From Nostoc sp. DedSLP01 (GTDB lineage: Bacteria; Cyanobacteriota; Cyanobacteriia; Cyanobacteriales; Nostocaceae), in contig JAVRCJ020000001.1 of assembly GCA_034530875.2 (NCBI GenBank), positions 192,001 to 256,000 on the forward strand: DNA of 64,000 bases, in the 5' to 3' direction. Made by a program: the position numbers and the translations under genes. Shown here in pieces: positions 30,962 through 41,559 of the stretch (the stretch's first letter is position 1; each line of letters starts with the position of its first letter). A model generated the notes under the pieces. It ran no database searches and was not told the origin of the DNA. It saw only the letters and a program-made list of their open reading frames with translations.

Positions 30962-32821
30962 ATGAATACTAAAATTACAAAATTTAATTTCATTGAAGAA
31001 ATACCTACTTTATTAATACTTTTAATAGTTATTACATTAACCTCATTTTCTTTTTCACTCTATGGAATGAATTGGTCAGATACAAGTCAGATATTTCATT
31101 TTGGCAATAGAATTTTACATGGTGATTTTCCCTACAGAGATTTTGACTATCAAACTGGATTTATTGGTATTTTTATTGATGCCTTTTTACAGAAAATATT
31201 AGGAGAAACTTACTTAACTAGTTTAATTGCTAAATTTTTAGTAAAGATTACTACACTATTGTTTTTTTATTTATCTTGTAGGCAATTTACTTCAAGGTTA
31301 ATCTCGTTATCTGTCTCTAGCGCATGGGGATTCATGCATCCTGTACTTTATCGAGGTGGAAACGATAATTATGTCAATTTATTTTTATTAATTTCTACTT
31401 TTTTTATAGTTATCGGCTTGAAACGGCTAGCAGGAAAAGCATCATTTTTATATTTAGCAATAGCCGGTTTTTCTCTAGGTTTAGTGATGGCAGCACGCCA
31501 GAGTAACGGAACTATTTGTCTAATAGTTACATTGGCGATTCTTTTTCTCTATACCTGGAGAGATTTACAAAAATATTTATTGTTTATTGTAGTTCCATTT
31601 TTAATAGGTATTATTTTAGCTTTAGGATTGATAGTAGGAGTATTATTATGGAATAACGCATTATCACAAGCTTTTTACCATCTTTTTATTGGTGCAGCAG
31701 AAAAAAAACATGTTAGCGGCTTCTCAAGCGTAATAGACGCTTTATCAGGTGGAACAATTTCCAGTCATTCTTCTGTTAGAGAAATTGTTGTATATTTAAT
31801 TTTTCCATTAGTTTTATATCTAATAGCTTTTCTGCTAATCGAAAAATTGAGAAAATTTGTAAATTATAAAAAATTCGATTCAACTAATTTAACAATACTA
31901 GTAATTACTGTTTTACTAATTGGTGGTGGCTTTTTTGGAGAAAAAGTTTTAGGCGCGAATAACATCATAAATTATGACATGCCTAGAACATTCTTTAGTC
32001 TAGCTTTGATTGCCAGTTGTATATTTCCTAAACAGAGTAAAGAATTTTTAGGATTACCGTATCCAATTTTCCCATTAATAACAGCTCTGACATTAGGGAC
32101 AACTTGGGCTATGCAGATGTCCTGGCCGGGTAGACTCTATATAGATGACGAAACATTAATTTTATCGTCAGCACTGACGATTATTATGTCAACTAAAATT
32201 TCTAATACTTGGAAAAAAGGCTTGGCATTAGGGTTTTTATTGTTTACAGTAATCATCTTTTCTGGGTATGTAATTCGCAATTCCATTGGTGCAGAAGCGA
32301 AGTATTATATTCCTGGTTTCTATGAAAGTACTCGCTATCCTCTAGAACACCCAATGACAAAATTTGTGAAAATAACGAAAGAAAAAGCACAAGCTTTTTC
32401 GATGCTGCAAGAAAATATTAATCCTGGCGATTCTTGTTTTATATATGGCTCGGCATCAGTTTTATATACTTTACTACATTGTAAAAATCCAACACATATT
32501 GATATAACTAACTCAGATGCTCTGACTTTAAAAACTGCACGCAAGGCAGTTGCTGTTTTAAAAGCCAACCCACCAAAATGGATTGTCGATACAGGTAAAG
32601 GAGGTTTTTATATTTCAGATGTTTATGATGGTTCGCCAAATTTTTATGGTGCTTTCAATCAATTGGCTCCAAAAGAGTTACATACAGGTTTGCAAAGTAT
32701 GATAGGTGATTATCAATTAGTAACTTCTGTTAAAGAGCGATTTCCCCAAGGAGAAAAATTAGAAACTAGAGACCAAGATAAAGTATTTAGATTTCGTTTG
32801 TATAAGCAATTTAGAGAATAA
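30962..32821 (+). CDS. Polytopic membrane protein, probable GT-C glycosyltransferase
   Basis: D-containing first loop, RILHGDFPYRDF motif, many TMs and a C-terminal soluble domain (PPKWIV). AT-rich. Confidence 0.7.
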   Translation: MNTKITKFNFIEEIPTLLILLIVITLTSFSFSLYGMNWSDTSQIFHFGNRILHGDFPYRDFDYQTGFIGIFIDAFLQKILGETYLTSLIAKFLVKITTLLFFYLSCRQFTSRLISLSVSSAWGFMHPVLYRGGNDNYVNLFLLISTFFIVIGLKRLAGKASFLYLAIAGFSLGLVMAARQSNGTICLIVTLAILFLYTWRDLQKYLLFIVVPFLIGIILALGLIVGVLLWNNALSQAFYHLFIGAAEKKHVSGFSSVIDALSGGTISSHSSVREIVVYLIFPLVLYLIAFLLIEKLRKFVNYKKFDSTNLTILVITVLLIGGGFFGEKVLGANNIINYDMPRTFFSLALIASCIFPKQSKEFLGLPYPIFPLITALTLGTTWAMQMSWPGRLYIDDETLILSSALTIIMSTKISNTWKKGLALGFLLFTVIIFSGYVIRNSIGAEAKYYIPGFYESTRYPLEHPMTKFVKITKEKAQAFSMLQENINPGDSCFIYGSASVLYTLLHCKNPTHIDITNSDALTLKTARKAVAVLKANPPKWIVDTGKGGFYISDVYDGSPNFYGAFNQLAPKELHTGLQSMIGDYQLVTSVKERFPQGEKLETRDQDKVFRFRLYKQFRE

Positions 32822-32851
32822 AATCCGTTGACTATTAACTTTCAACAGCCA

Positions 32852-33700
32852 TCAATCAATATTCATAAACTTTATTCTTTCCATACCAGAATAGACATTA
32901 AACCTTTCTCCACGCAGGAATCCAATTAAGGTAATTCCGAATTCTTTGGCTACAGACACCGCCAAACTGCTGGGAGCAGAAACAGAACAGACGATAGGAA
33001 CTCCAGCAATTGTAGACTTTTGCAAAATTTCAAAACTAGAGCGCCCGCTGACTAAGACAATACGATCGCTCAAAGGTAATTCATCACTGAAAAATGCCGA
33101 ACCAATCAATTTATCTAAAGCATTGTGACGTCCAACATCCTCACGCAGATTTAATAATTCTCCTTGAAAATCGAAGGTAGCCGCAGCGTGCAAACCCCCT
33201 GTAGCGTTGAAGATACCTTGAGCAGCCCTAAGCTTAGCTGGTAGGCTGGAGATGATTTCAGGTGTTACTGTTAAGCCAGCAGGAATCATTGAACATCCGC
33301 GCAGATGTAAAGCTTCAAGGCTAGCTTTACCGCATACCCCACAGGCACTACTAATATAGAAATGACGCTCTAAAGGCTGTAAGTCGGGAATTAACCCGTG
33401 CCGGAGTTCTACATTTATAATGTTATGGCGTTGTTCGCCATCTACTGATTCATCTACACAGTAACTGATACGTTGGATATCTTCCCTGCGGCTAACAACT
33501 CCTTCGGCATAAAGGAAACCAGCGGCGAGTTCAAAATCTGCACCAGGTGTCCGCATGGTAACCGCTAGAGTTTTTCCCAAAGGAAGGAGGCGAATTTCTA
33601 ACGGTTCCTCAGTGGTGAGATGGTCTAAACGCGATCGCATCTTACCATTTTCCACAACCCAAACTTGTGCTTTGGTTTTGCTACCAGGTTGTTTATTCAC
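32852..33700 (-). CDS. fdhD: Formate dehydrogenase accessory sulfurtransferase
   Basis: EEPLEI, MRTPG, SACGVCG, TGGLH, EDVGRHNALDK, SAPSSLA. Confidence 0.95.
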   Translation of the reverse strand: MNKQPGSKTKAQVWVVENGKMRSRLDHLTTEEPLEIRLLPLGKTLAVTMRTPGADFELAAGFLYAEGVVSRREDIQRISYCVDESVDGEQRHNIINVELRHGLIPDLQPLERHFYISSACGVCGKASLEALHLRGCSMIPAGLTVTPEIISSLPAKLRAAQGIFNATGGLHAAATFDFQGELLNLREDVGRHNALDKLIGSAFFSDELPLSDRIVLVSGRSSFEILQKSTIAGVPIVCSVSAPSSLAVSVAKEFGITLIGFLRGERFNVYSGMERIKFMNID

Positions 33701-33709
33701 AATCGATTT

Positions 33710-34399
33710 TTACAAATTATCCGGATCTATATTTAATTCTCGCAATTTTGCTGCTAGGCGATCGGCTTTTTGTCTTTCTTGTTCGGCAAGTTGTGCTTGT
33801 TGTTCAAAAGCTTCTTCCGGAGTGGGAATTAGTTGTCCATCTTCGGTAAAGTAACGCAATTTATTTTCACGAACGCCCAAATACAAACTTAGCTGCTGAC
33901 TCCACAATAATCCTTGAGGGTTGGGTTCTAGCGGTTGATACGTACCGCCAACTAAAATAAACCCAACAAATTCTAGATTCTTGGGGTCAAACCAGAAATA
34001 TTCAGGAGTGCGAAAAATATCTTGATAAATTTGTTTTTTTAAGCCCTTGTCAGTCGCTGCGGTTGAATCTGAAAGCAGTTCTATAATCAAATTCGGATAT
34101 TTGCCGTCCTCTTGCCAAACAACCCAACTATCACGAGGTTTGCGTTCAGTATCTAACACAACAAAAAAATCTGGTCCCCGGAAGTCTTCTGATTTTCGTT
34201 GGCGTGGACTGTAATAAATGCTAAGATTCCCGGCAGCAAAAAAGTTGTTGCGATCGCGCCACCACCAATCAAGGCATTTTATTAATAGCAGCATTTGCTG
34301 CAAATGTAGATATGTTTCCAATGGTGGTTCGTTACTTTCTAAATCTCCTGGAGGAAATATTACATCTTTTGGGGGTTCAAATTCTTTGGCGACAGACAT
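33710..34399 (-). CDS. Uma2 (DUF820) family endonuclease-fold protein, copy 1
   Basis: GPDFFVV, PNLIIELLSDST, PEYFWFDP. Confidence 0.9.
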   Translation of the reverse strand: MSVAKEFEPPKDVIFPPGDLESNEPPLETYLHLQQMLLLIKCLDWWWRDRNNFFAAGNLSIYYSPRQRKSEDFRGPDFFVVLDTERKPRDSWVVWQEDGKYPNLIIELLSDSTAATDKGLKKQIYQDIFRTPEYFWFDPKNLEFVGFILVGGTYQPLEPNPQGLLWSQQLSLYLGVRENKLRYFTEDGQLIPTPEEAFEQQAQLAEQERQKADRLAAKLRELNIDPDNL

Positions 34400-34558
34400 G
34401 ACTGCAACTTTTCAGGTGATATTAAGTTTAGCGTAGCATCGCACTCGTGAATTGTTTTGCGATAATGCGATCGCCTCAATCGTACTTTTATGTAGTGACA
34501 CCCTAAAAACATCTAGTATCAGCTACATTTTTTTTATTTTTGACACAAGCTGCTGCTT

Positions 34559-35332
34559 TTACAAATTATCCGGATCTATATTTAATTCTCGCAGTTTTGC
34601 TGCTAGGCGATCGGCTTTTTGTTTTTCTTGTTCGGCACGCTGCGCTTGTTGTTCGGCACGTTGTGCTTGTTGTTCGGCACGTTGTGCTTGTTGTTCGGCG
34701 CGTTGTGCTTGTTGTTCGGCACGCTGTGCTTGTTGTTCAAAAGCTTCTTCCGGAGTGGGAATTAGTTGTCCATCTTCGGTAAAGTAACGCAATTTATTTT
34801 CACGAACGCCCAAATACAAATTTAGCTGCTGACTCCACAACCAACCTTGGGAATTAGGTTCTAGCCGTTGATAAGTACCGCCAACTAAAATAAATCCAAC
34901 AAATTCTAGATTCTTGGGGTCAAACCAAAAATATTCAGGAGTGCGAAAGATATCTTGATAAATTTGTTTTTTGAGTCCTTTATCAATTGTTGCTGTAGAA
35001 TCAGAGAGCAGTTCGACAATTATATTGGGATATTTGCCGTCCTCTTGCCATACTACCCAACTATTACGCACTCTGCGTTCGCATCCCAGCACGACAAAAA
35101 AATCTGGGCCGCGGAACTCTTCTGATTTTCGTTGGCGCGGACTGTAATAAATTGTCAAATTACCCGCAGCATAAAAATCATTGCGATTTTGCCACCACAA
35201 CTCCAAAGATTGTAAGAGCAAAATTATTTGGCGTAGATGTAATTCGCTTTCCAAGGGTGGTTCATCACTATATAAATCTCCTGGAGGAAATATTACATCT
35301 TTTGGGGGTTCAAATTCTTTGGCTACAGACAT
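34559..35332 (-). CDS. Uma2 family protein, copy 2, with expanded EQQAQRA heptads
   Basis: Paralogue of 33710-34399 with 21-bp tandem repeats at about 34627-34739. Confidence 0.9.
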   Translation of the reverse strand: MSVAKEFEPPKDVIFPPGDLYSDEPPLESELHLRQIILLLQSLELWWQNRNDFYAAGNLTIYYSPRQRKSEEFRGPDFFVVLGCERRVRNSWVVWQEDGKYPNIIVELLSDSTATIDKGLKKQIYQDIFRTPEYFWFDPKNLEFVGFILVGGTYQRLEPNSQGWLWSQQLNLYLGVRENKLRYFTEDGQLIPTPEEAFEQQAQRAEQQAQRAEQQAQRAEQQAQRAEQQAQRAEQEKQKADRLAAKLRELNIDPDNL

Positions 35333-35403
35333 GGCTACAAGTTTTGGATGATATAAGTTTAGGGTAGCAGTAAAGGCTAGAGATGCTGTAGATACTGAGA
35401 AAT

Positions 35404-37626
35404 TTAGATTTTTTCTAACCAGGCGATCGCATTATAATCAGGAACGCCTTCAAGCGATCGCTTACTTTTATCTAATAGTATATTTCCTTCCGGCCAATGT
35501 ATTTGCAAGTTACCTGATTGAATTGGTGCAATATAAACTTGTCCTTGAAATTCGCCTAACTGATTTTTCAGAATTACTCGATCCCCATTTTTTAAACCTA
35601 GCTTTGCCGCATCAGCAGCATTGATTAACACTGCCTCTCGCACTGCACCGGTAATTGCATCTGTGCGTTCCTGAACCATACTATTAAATTGTTTGCCCCG
35701 ACGAGTTGCTACTAAAAAACAACCCTCCGGTAATTTTCGCTGTGGTGGCAATAATACTCTAAAATGTGCCTTTCCATCGGCTGTGGGGAAGTTCCAGCCA
35801 AAGCACAAATGGGAACCGCCATATTGAAATTGATCGCCTGCTTGTTGTAAGTGTTGAATACCTGCATATTGGGGAACGACTCGCCCAATTTCTTGACGCA
35901 TTGCAGATGTGTCAGCAAAAACCAGCTTGTCTGCTAAGTCTGGCCTGACGCGTCTTGCCAATTCTAAAAATACTTCCCACTCTGGACGCGCTTCGCCAAT
36001 ACGCGACCCTGGGATTTCTGGACTGAAAATTACCCGGCGTTCGGTGTTAGTTTCCGTGACTCCCCCTGGTATTTCGTAGCGAGTTGTCCCAGGCAAAAGC
36101 ACCACAGTATCAGCAGGTTCTACTAACATCTGACTGGAGAGAACAATATCGAAATGTACTCGCAGCGGTATTTGCCGGAGCGCACTTTCCACATAATCTG
36201 GTTCTGGGAGTACTTCGAGAAAATTTCCCCCCACCGAAAATAACACATCCAATTCTCCCTGATGTGCAGCATGAATCATTTCTGGAGCAATTAAACCTTT
36301 AGTTGTTGGCACTTCAAAGCCCCAATGCTGGCTTAATTGGGCAGCATTTTCTGGGGTAATGGGTTTACCGCCAGGAAATACCGTCGCGTAACACCCCATC
36401 TCTGCACCACCCTGCACTCCAGAGTGACCGCGAATTGGCATTAAACCGCAACCTTCGCGACCGACAAAACCTTTGGTGAGGGCTAAGTTGATAATACTCC
36501 GCACGTTATCTTCACCGCACTCATGCTGAGTAATGCCCATACTCCAAACAAATACTGCTTTGTTGGCTTCCCCAACCATTTTGGCAAAAGCGTACATTTC
36601 CTCGCGAGATGCGCCAGAAAGCTGTTCTAATTCTTCCCAAGATTGGCTTTCTAAGGATGCCTCCAGTTCTACAAAGCCGACTGTATGTAAATTAATAAAT
36701 GACTCGTCTAGCCAGTTGTTGGCAATTATATGTTTAAGTGTGCCATTTAAAAATGCGATGTCGCCGCCGATGTTAATTAAAAAGAAGTCTTCGGCAAACT
36801 TAGTACCGAAAAGGGCACTTTCTACAATTGAGGGTACCCAGTAGCGCTCCATTCCTGGTTCGCGGTAGGTGTTAATTACTACAATTTTAGTGCCAGCTTT
36901 TTTAGCATAATGCAGATATTTAACAGTAACAGGCTGATTATTGGCAACATTAGAGCCAATGAATACTAATAAATCAGTACCAATCCAGTCTTTATAAGAA
37001 CAAGTAGTTGCGCTTGCACCGAGGGCAGCTTTTAACCCGGCTGTACTGGGAGAATGACAAATACGAGCAGCGTTATCTATATTATTGCTGCCCATTGCCC
37101 GCACAGCTTTTTGCGTAGCGTAGTAAGTTTCGTTAACCGTGCCGCGACTGGTAACATAAAAGCTGAGGCGCTCTGGTGTGGTAGCGCGGATGCGATTAGC
37201 AATTACCTCTAAAGCTTCATCCCAGTTGACACGGCGAAAGCCTTTTTCTCCTCGTTGACGAATCATCGGGTAAGGAAGCCGCCCCAAGTCTCGCAATTGA
37301 GCGCTTTTTTGCTTTTGCAATTGGGAGACATCCTCTAGTAACACAGGGTCAAAAGCTGGCATAGTGTTCATCCGCAACAACCGCAACCGGACATTGCACA
37401 GATGAATGCCATCTAAAGTCCAATCTTTCATTCCGGTTGTTCCGAGAGCACAACCATCGCAAACACCCTGATTCAGGATATTCCACGCATAGGGCAATTG
37501 GTCGCGAGAGAGCCAAATTGCGCGAAATACCTCCCAGTAGTTATTCGGGTACTGTTCGCCAATGCCAAAAGGCTTCCAACTCGCCCAGTGCTGGGGCGTC
37601 CAAAATCTGTTCGGTTTGGGCAACAT
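35404..37626 (-). CDS. FdhF/YdeP-family molybdopterin oxidoreductase
   Basis: CDGCALG, NAARICHSPS, RGHSGVQG, TRRGKQFNS; close to fdhD. Confidence 0.9.
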   Translation of the reverse strand: MLPKPNRFWTPQHWASWKPFGIGEQYPNNYWEVFRAIWLSRDQLPYAWNILNQGVCDGCALGTTGMKDWTLDGIHLCNVRLRLLRMNTMPAFDPVLLEDVSQLQKQKSAQLRDLGRLPYPMIRQRGEKGFRRVNWDEALEVIANRIRATTPERLSFYVTSRGTVNETYYATQKAVRAMGSNNIDNAARICHSPSTAGLKAALGASATTCSYKDWIGTDLLVFIGSNVANNQPVTVKYLHYAKKAGTKIVVINTYREPGMERYWVPSIVESALFGTKFAEDFFLINIGGDIAFLNGTLKHIIANNWLDESFINLHTVGFVELEASLESQSWEELEQLSGASREEMYAFAKMVGEANKAVFVWSMGITQHECGEDNVRSIINLALTKGFVGREGCGLMPIRGHSGVQGGAEMGCYATVFPGGKPITPENAAQLSQHWGFEVPTTKGLIAPEMIHAAHQGELDVLFSVGGNFLEVLPEPDYVESALRQIPLRVHFDIVLSSQMLVEPADTVVLLPGTTRYEIPGGVTETNTERRVIFSPEIPGSRIGEARPEWEVFLELARRVRPDLADKLVFADTSAMRQEIGRVVPQYAGIQHLQQAGDQFQYGGSHLCFGWNFPTADGKAHFRVLLPPQRKLPEGCFLVATRRGKQFNSMVQERTDAITGAVREAVLINAADAAKLGLKNGDRVILKNQLGEFQGQVYIAPIQSGNLQIHWPEGNILLDKSKRSLEGVPDYNAIAWLEKI

Positions 37627-37700
37627 AACGCGCTATGGGTATCGTGTGTTGGGGTTTCTTTTACATTAGCGTTAAGTAGCATTTTAAGTAGCATCGCTTC

Positions 37701-38027
37701 TTAAAAATCCGGACATTCGGCGCTGACGATTTCCGGGTGACAGTAGTAAGTTAAGACCGTCTCGACGGTATCGCCAATCCAGAGGGCAACTTTATCCGGC
37801 GATATCCCAGAGCTAATTGCCCAGGTAGCGAAGATGTGCCGCGTGGCGTAGGGTTTGAGGTAGGGAATTTTCCCCGCGATCGCTAATTGTTTGACCCCGC
37901 CGGGATATTTAAATATGCCTTCACCTTAACCCGAATTCCACTCGTTCCAAAACCCGAACATAATGCCGCTATTCATAGGGCGTCCGGTTTTGCTGGCAAA
38001 TACTAAATTGTGCGTCCCCGATTGGGG
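37701..38027 (-). pseudogene. C-terminal remnant of a tyrosine recombinase/integrase
   Basis: Manual translation: [13 protein letters not shown]...G*GE...KIPYLKPYATRHIFATWAISSGISPDKVALWIGDTVETVLTYYCHPE...DF*. It has the xxRH box and catalytic Tyr region, with an in-frame stop at 37926-37928. Confidence 0.75.
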
Positions 38028-38028
38028 C

Positions 38029-40171
38029 GGGCAGATGAACCGTTTGCTCGATTACCGGACTGATTTCTACTGGCTGGGTGTGACATTTTACGAACTGCTC
38101 ACCGGACAACTACCATTTCCCACCACAGACGTGCTGGAGCTAGTCCATTGTCATTGGTGAGAGGTTAAGATAATCTTACTTTTGTCAATTAGAAATTATG
38201 CTGAAAATTTGGGGAAATCTGAGGTATTAAGTTGACTATTGTACTGAACTTATAGAGCAAGAATAAAGATGCGTATTCAGATGACGCGATCGCCCGCTCA
38301 AAAATTGTGTTTCCAACTCCGATTTTCAGCCATATTTTAAGTACTATTGCTTATTGACAAATGGTATCTGACCTTAACCTCTCACGAATGATCCATTGTC
38401 ATATTGCCAAACATCCTATTCCGCCTCATGAAATAAATACAACGATTCCCAAGCCAGTTTCAGATATCATTCTCAAACTGATGGCGAAAAATGCTGAAAA
38501 TCGCTATCAAAGTGCCTGGGGCATCAAAGCAGATTTAGAAATCTGTGCTGAACAATTAGCAGAAATCGGTCAAATCTCTAGCATTCAACTGGCGCTTCAA
38601 GACGTTTGCGATCGGTTTCAAATTCCCCAAAAACTTTATGGACGGGATAAGTAAGTTGCAATGTTACTGGCGGCGTTCGTTCGCGTAGCGTGTCCAGAGT
38701 CAAATCCCGTTGCTGCTTTACCAAACAATTCAGAAACAACTTCACAAACCCAACAAACGGGCAACCCAAAATTCCAAGTCGAAATGATGTTGGTATCTGG
38801 CTATGCTGGCATTGGTAAATCTGCGTTAGTGCAAGAAATCTATAAACCAATCACCCAAAAGCGCGGCTATTTTATCTCTGGGAAATTCGATCAATTTCAG
38901 CGCAATATTCCCTACAGTGCGATCGCGGTTGCCCTGCAAAAATTGGTACGGCAATTACTTAGTGAGCCAGACGAACAAGTGCAACAGTGGCGATCGCTCA
39001 TACTTACAGCTTTAGGAAACAACGCACAAATCATCATTGATGCGATCCCGGAAGTTGAATTGATTATTGGCAAGCAGCCGCCTGTACCGTCCGTTGGAGC
39101 AACTGAAGCTCAAAATCGCTTTCACCGGGTTTTTGGGCAATTTGTGCGGGTGTTTTGTTCAAAAAAACATCCCCTGGTGATATTCTTAGATGATTTGCAA
39201 TGGATAGACTCAGCAACGCTGAATTTAATTGAGTTGATGCTGCTGGATGAGCAAGCCCAATCACTATTTTTGATTGGAGCTTATCGAGATAATGAAGTGA
39301 AGCCAACGCATCCATTAGCATTAATGCTAGAGAGACTGCGAAAACAAGGGGTAGTACTTCAAGAAATTAACCTAACACCATTAACGCTTGAGCCGTTGAG
39401 TCAGTTAATTGCCGAGACGCTGCATCGGAATGCAGACATCGTTCGTCCCTTAGCTGAGTTAGTTTTACGTAAAACTGAGGGTAATCCGTTCTTTGTCAAT
39501 GAATTTTTGAGAATGCTGTATAGCGAGAATCTGCTGACATTTGATGCTGAACACTTATGCTGGCAATGGAACATAGCTGATATTCAAGCCCAGGATATTA
39601 CCGATAATGTTGTAGAGTTGCTACTGATTCAGTTAAATAAATTACCAGCAAACACACAGCAAATTCTCCAGTTAGCAGCTTGTATCGGTGCTGAATTTAA
39701 TTTAAATACGTTAGCGATTGTTTGCGATCAACCAGCTGAAACGGTTTTTCAAGATTTACTAGCAGCCATACAAGTTGGATTAATTCAACTACTATCTGAA
39801 TTAGATGAAAACTTTTTAATTCAAGAGTATAAGTTCTTGCACGATCGCGTCCAGCAAGCTGCTTATGCCCTAATCGATGAATCCAAAAAACAGATGGTTC
39901 ATCTTCAAATCGGTCGCAATCTGCTTGAAAAAATGTTGCCAGAGGAGTTATCAGAGCGGCTGTTTGAAATTGTCGATCATCTTAATCATGGAATTGAGCT
40001 TGTCACAGATCGACTAAAACGCAATGAAATTGCTAGATTAAATTTAATCACAGGACAGAAAGCAAAAGCTGCGATCGCCTATAGTGTGGCTCAAAACTAT
40101 TTAGCCAGAGGTAGAGCATGGCTGGCAGACTCCAGTTGGCAAACTAACTATGAGATGACTTTAGAGTTATA
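38029..40171 (+). pseudogene. Disrupted Ser/Thr kinase-AAA ATPase(-His kinase) gene
   Basis: Begins mid-kinase ([12 protein letters not shown]), interrupted by a MITE, nonsense TAA at 38652-38654, Walker A GYAGIGKS, truncated by IS5. Paralogue of 47779-53256. Confidence 0.88.
38151..38391. mobile_element. Non-autonomous MITE (about 241 bp, IS4-like ends)
   Basis: TCATTGGTGAGAGGTTAAG vs reverse complement TCATTCGTGAGAGGTTAAG (1 mismatch). Direct repeat TCCATTG at 38144-38150 and 38392-38398; removal restores VHCHIAK. Confidence 0.85.
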
Positions 40172-41073
40172 TAGAACCCATTTGGGATCTTGGGAGAGAG
40201 GGTAAAATAAGAAATAAATGCCGTACTCTAGCAGTTTAAGCGATAAAGAGTGGGAAATAATTGAACCACTGTTGCCCCAGAAAAAGCAAACCAGACCGCC
40301 GAAGTGGACAAAGCGACAAATTTTAGATGGCATCTTTTATCAACTTAAGAACGGGTATAACTGGTGCGATTTACCTAAAGACTTACCGCCCTACTCAACG
40401 GTGTTTTGGCACTACAAACAGTGGCGAGAAGGGGGAGTGCTAGAGCAGATGATGATGACGTTACATGGGAAAGTGCGCTCCGACGCGAAAAAAAACCAAA
40501 ATGGACAACCCTACCGATCGTTGACTCGCAAGCGGTGAAGAATACATGCAATGCTAGCGTTATGTCCAAAGGGTTCTGTCATTACAAATGCACTAATGGC
40601 ATCAAACGACATCTCGCCGTTGATACACTCGGCTTACCATTTTTTACCCACTGTACTAAAGCGAATGTCAGCGATGACCAGGGCTTAATTGAACTACTGA
40701 GCAATAATCTGGATTACTTGCGAGCCAAACCCGTGAATATCCCGAAGATTACTATCCTCCTTGACCACGGTTATCATCCAGACAAACTCACACTCGAACT
40801 ACAAAAGCTCTACCCTCAAATCATGACCAAGATTCGGTTTCAACTCGCACCCAAGCCAACCAAAGCAGAAATTGCAGCCCTTGGGAAAACTGGATTTGTA
40901 CCTGTAGCTACCCGGTGGGTGATTGAGCGGTCAAATGCTTGGATGGAACGCTGTAAAAGTTTGGTCAAAAACTTTGAGAGAACCCTCTCCCATGCCACCG
41001 CGAAGCTTAATCTTTGCTTCATCAGACTCATGCTCAAGCGACTGGCAAATGGGTAGATCCCAAATGGGTTCTA
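40172..41073 (+). mobile_element. IS5-family insertion sequence, apparently intact
   Basis: Perfect terminal IR TAGAACCCATTTGGGATCT / AGATCCCAAATGGGTTCTA flanked by TA, enclosing two overlapping transposase ORFs. Confidence 0.92.
40218..41056 (+). CDS. IS5 transposase split over ORFs 40218-40538 and 40406-41056 (probable -1 frameshift)
   Basis: YSSSLSDKEW..W..LP..LPPYSTV N-terminal part; IVDSQ, DHGY, RWVIER DDE motifs; A8 run at 40488-40495. Confidence 0.88.
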
Positions 41074-41180
41074 TAAGGCAGCACCGATCGACTTTAGGTA
41101 TATCGCCAATGCAATCCTTTCTACAGATGAAGTTGTTGCAGCAATAAAGTAATGTCAAACTCATTAATTTTACAACACTT

Positions 41181-41546
41181 ATGAAAACATCCGCGTTACT
41201 CCTGGCTTTGCCAATCAGTATCTTAGCTAATTTTTCCTTAAGAGCTTCTGCTGACTCTACAGCTGGCCTCATCCTAAGTACGAAATGCCAGGGTGGCTAC
41301 AACATCAATATTTGGCAGAATTATAATTCCGGTGAACTACTCTATCGCGCAACCAATCCCAACGGTAATTTAAGTTTGGGCAAAGGAACTAGCCAAGCGA
41401 CAGAAGGTGTTCGAGTGTATAAGTTTCGCAATAGAAATTATGAATATTGGGTGTGGGATGGTACGTTGGATAACCCGCAGTCTGGAACTTTAGAGGTGTA
41501 TAAAAACAACCGGATCTTGATGAAGCAAGCTTGTACGAAAAGTTGA
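41181..41546 (+). CDS. Small secreted hypothetical protein
   Basis: Signal peptide (MKTSALLLAL..ASA) and two Cys. Confidence 0.7.
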   Translation: MKTSALLLALPISILANFSLRASADSTAGLILSTKCQGGYNINIWQNYNSGELLYRATNPNGNLSLGKGTSQATEGVRVYKFRNRNYEYWVWDGTLDNPQSGTLEVYKNNRILMKQACTKS

Positions 41547-41559
41547 ATCCTAAGCGCGG

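Noticed and set aside
34452..34787. Cys-rich (CSARCAC)n ORF resembling a metallothionein or RiPP precursor
   Set aside because: Antisense reading of the Uma2 EQQAQRA 21-bp repeats.
37963..38160. 65-aa ORF as a real gene
   Set aside because: Chimera of antisense integrase remnant, kinase fragment and MITE end.
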